In this document: in pieces, positions 61,400-64,000 of the stretch
How positions within the stretch are numbered: position 1 is the stretch's first letter
Layout: every line of letters begins with the position of its first letter
NCBI RefSeq assembly: GCF_018977255.1
Contig: NW_024704743.1
Location: 85,686,001 to 85,750,000, forward strand
Direction: 5' to 3'
Source of the DNA: Callorhinchus milii
Taxonomy: Eukaryota
Length of the DNA: 64,000 bases
The notes under the pieces: model-generated
Told to the model about the DNA's origin: nothing
Databases searched by the model: none
The model's input: only the letters and a program-made list of their open reading frames with translations
Translations under genes and position numbers: made by a program

Positions 61400-61794
61400 C
61401 AACTCTACTTGAACCAGATCTTAAGCAGCTTGCAGTACAACTGGAATGAAATAAGTCAGAACTATTTCTCTGCAATGATAGTCTTTCTTTTGGTAGGGCA
61501 TAGCCTGAGCTCTCAATCCACAGAACAGCAGAAGGGCTCTAAGGCTTGCCACCCTATATAAAACTTTCCCAGAGAATCTGGGCAAAATACATTCATGTCA
61601 TGAAATATGGGAAGTAAGCACATGCGCACTGATTGGAACATGCTGCCAGCGGTGCTTTGGATTTCAACCCACAATGTAAACAGAATGAGATTCTTGCACC
61701 AGCCGCCTCTGCCTATTTTAGAATCAACTCTACTTGAACCAGTTCTTAAGCAGCTTGCAATACAACTGGAATGAAATAAGTCAGGTCTATTTCT
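61400..61794. repeat. 70-bp direct repeat (61400-61469 and 61725-61794)
   Basis: CAACTCTACTTGAACCAG...AATAAGTCAG..CTATTTCT; 4 mismatches in 70. Confidence 0.92.
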
Positions 61795-62504
61795 GTTGGA
61801 GCATAGAAAGATTGGCAGTAATCCAACACAATGGCTCACAGCATCTCCAATTTGGGCCATTATTCAGAAGTCAGATGCACAGGGATGATTTCAAAACACA
61901 TGTTCCAGTCCAGTGCATCTGAAAATACCAGGTGAGCTAAAATACAAGAGTTTGCAATGCAGCAGATGTGCTACATATTGAGAGACATTTATGTGTATCC
62001 TGGGAATGATAACTTACATATCCTTGGGCAAGTATAACAAGCTGGTTGGTCAATGAGGGAGTGGAGTCCCTTTCTGCTTGGCAATGTCACTGTGTTGTCT
62101 GATAGAGACCTCAGTACCAGATGCTGCAAAATACTGTTGCCAACACTCATAGGAAACCCAAAACAGCATATCATTCCTGCTGTCTCTAGACTTACATCCC
62201 TGGTCATTTGTGTCAAATTCTTAGCATTCCTCCATAAAATATTTGTCAGCTGCTGGATACTTGGGCAAATGAAACGTTGGCTGATGCCGATAAAGTCTCC
62301 AGAGGAGACTGCAAAGATGCTATTACAAATAAATTGAAAACTGCTATATCCTTCCTAGCTGTCGGAGATTGGGATTACCCACTGAGAAGACCTCAGATCC
62401 TCTGCCAATGTCGTCTCATGGGACAACTTCAGCCTGATCAGCCAAGGCTCCTCAATGCGGTCCAGGGAGTATTGTTGAAGTCTGGAGACTCTCTTCAGTA
62501 GGTA

Positions 62505-63030
62505 CCTTGCAAACCTGTGGTCTCTTGTTCTGCTGCATTAGTGTATCTGAAACTACTGTTCCAGGTTTACTTTTTCAATCCCATTTTAAATCTTTTATAT
62601 CTCTATTAATGTCCCCTCTGAGAGATATATTTTCAAGGTTGAAGAATCCTACTTTGCCTAATCATTGTTCATAGCTCATTTCTCTTATTCTGGCACTGTC
62701 TGTCCTCTGCACTGCCTTTGAGCCTGGACAGCCCCATTATATTACAGTGACCAGAACTGTACACAGTACTCCAGGTATGAGCTAAACTAAGCACTGTACA
62801 GTTTGAGCATGAGTCTGGGGATCTCAACTCAAATCATTTAGCAATGTAGCCGAGCTTCCTGTTTGCTTTGTTTATTGCTGCCTCACCCTGTTTTGACATG
62901 CTGAGTGATGAGTCAACTAATACTCCTAAGTGCCTTTCCGCTTCTCTCTTGGCAAGTTCTATCCCATCAATAGAGTACACATGCCTTGTATTTTTACCTT
63001 CTATATGGAGTACCTTTACTTGCGAAGCAT
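62505..63030 (-). mobile_element. CR1 ORF2 C-terminal fragment
   Basis: rc encodes KVLH..., LGVLVDSSLSMSKQ..AAINKANRKLGYI, KLYSALV..YLEYCVQFWS. Confidence 0.85.
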
Positions 63031-63249
63031 CAGCCCATATGTATACACTACCACATGCAAATCTTTGCTACCTCCTCTAATTCAGTTAGCCCTACCTAGG
63101 TGTCACCTGCAAATTATACTACTTTGATAATATGTTTTTAGTGTTACCAATAGAAAGCAGTTGATGCTATGTTTAGTTGCCCTGACAAGAGGTGCAGTTG
63201 GGGAGTACAAGAAAAGCCCTCTCTGTGTTTGTCCTTTCTCACAAGTCAC

Positions 63250-63480
63250 AAAAGCTAACAAGACAGGATCTCATCGTTCCACAATCCTTCCACTCTACAA
63301 TCTTCCCATTTCAGTGTCAAGGTGTTACTTAAACGAGTTCAGTTTTCTGGCCTCAACCATCCTCACCGGTAACCTATTCCAGCTGCTGATTATCATCTGT
63401 TGTAAAGAAATATGTCCTGGTGTCTGTCTTGAAATTGCTCCTGCAGTCCAGAACCTGTGCCCACTTGTCCTTCTCATAGT
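63250..63480 (-). mobile_element. CR1 3' end fragment
   Basis: rc GGACAAGTGGGCACAGG...TGGAATAGGTTACCGGTGAGGATGGTTGAGGC. Confidence 0.7.
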
Positions 63481-64000
63481 TTGCCTGTAAATGTGGTAAA
63501 AGCTAATGGAACATCAGTAATGACTTCTAAACATGAGACTAGTGTGCTAGAATGGAGTCCAAATTGTGGCAATGTATCAAGAGAACCATTAATAATAACT
63601 CTGAGTTATAAATAGAAACTCTTCTGGTCGAAGGAAATACGTTGTGGCGACCTGCAGGAACCTCACTCTGATGCAATCTACTTCCATAGCAGAGTTAATG
63701 GAGATCTTTGTGCTGTAGACTATTTCTGATTACCAGAGGTTTTATTTATACCATGGAGTCGTTTTGAATGACTCCCATCGAAGTCCTGCAATTTGGACTC
63801 TACTTATAGCTGTTAGACTGCCTTAAACATCAAACACAAAATACATAACAACCAAAGACACTTTAACTAGTTTCTAATTCTGAACTGGGTCAATGCAATA
63901 ATTCTCCCAATACAGACTTAAGTCGCATCTGGATAACACCTATAGCCAGGTACGATTAAATCAGTCCCGAGGGGAAATTTCAAGAAGCAGGAAATTCTGC

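Noticed and set aside
1..64000. CRISPR array or prokaryotic defence system suggested by the recurring ATCAAATGCAAGGATTATT motif
   Set aside because: Copies are dispersed, on both strands, irregularly spaced and are SINE tails. The DNA is vertebrate and has no cas-like ORFs.

Overview
Vertebrate genomic DNA: AT-rich, CpG-poor and dense in retroposons. The repeat content (L2 and CR1 LINEs, Deu-domain tRNA-SINEs) suggests a cartilaginous fish, probably a chimaera such as the elephant shark; this is an inference, not a database result. The only host gene I can support is a thyrotropin-releasing hormone receptor (TRHR1-like, 408 aa) on the minus strand. It has two coding exons (19019-18210 and 15114-14698) and a probable non-coding first exon near 20266-20465. 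The rest is intron, UTR or intergenic sequence with many 5'-truncated L2 and CR1 copies, two SINE families sharing an L2-derived tail, a decayed tRNA-Glu copy, several palindromic MITE-like elements and local duplications. The most notable observations are: (i) three independent L2 copies that all begin near the same point just downstream of the endonuclease region; (ii) an apparently chimeric tRNA + CORE-like + Deu + L2-tail SINE; (iii) a strong-Kozak His/Gln uORF in the TRHR leader; (iv) a duplicated block bracketing TRHR exon 1. There is no evidence of CRISPR or any prokaryotic system. Repeat boundaries were read by eye and are approximate, and family names come from recalled motifs.
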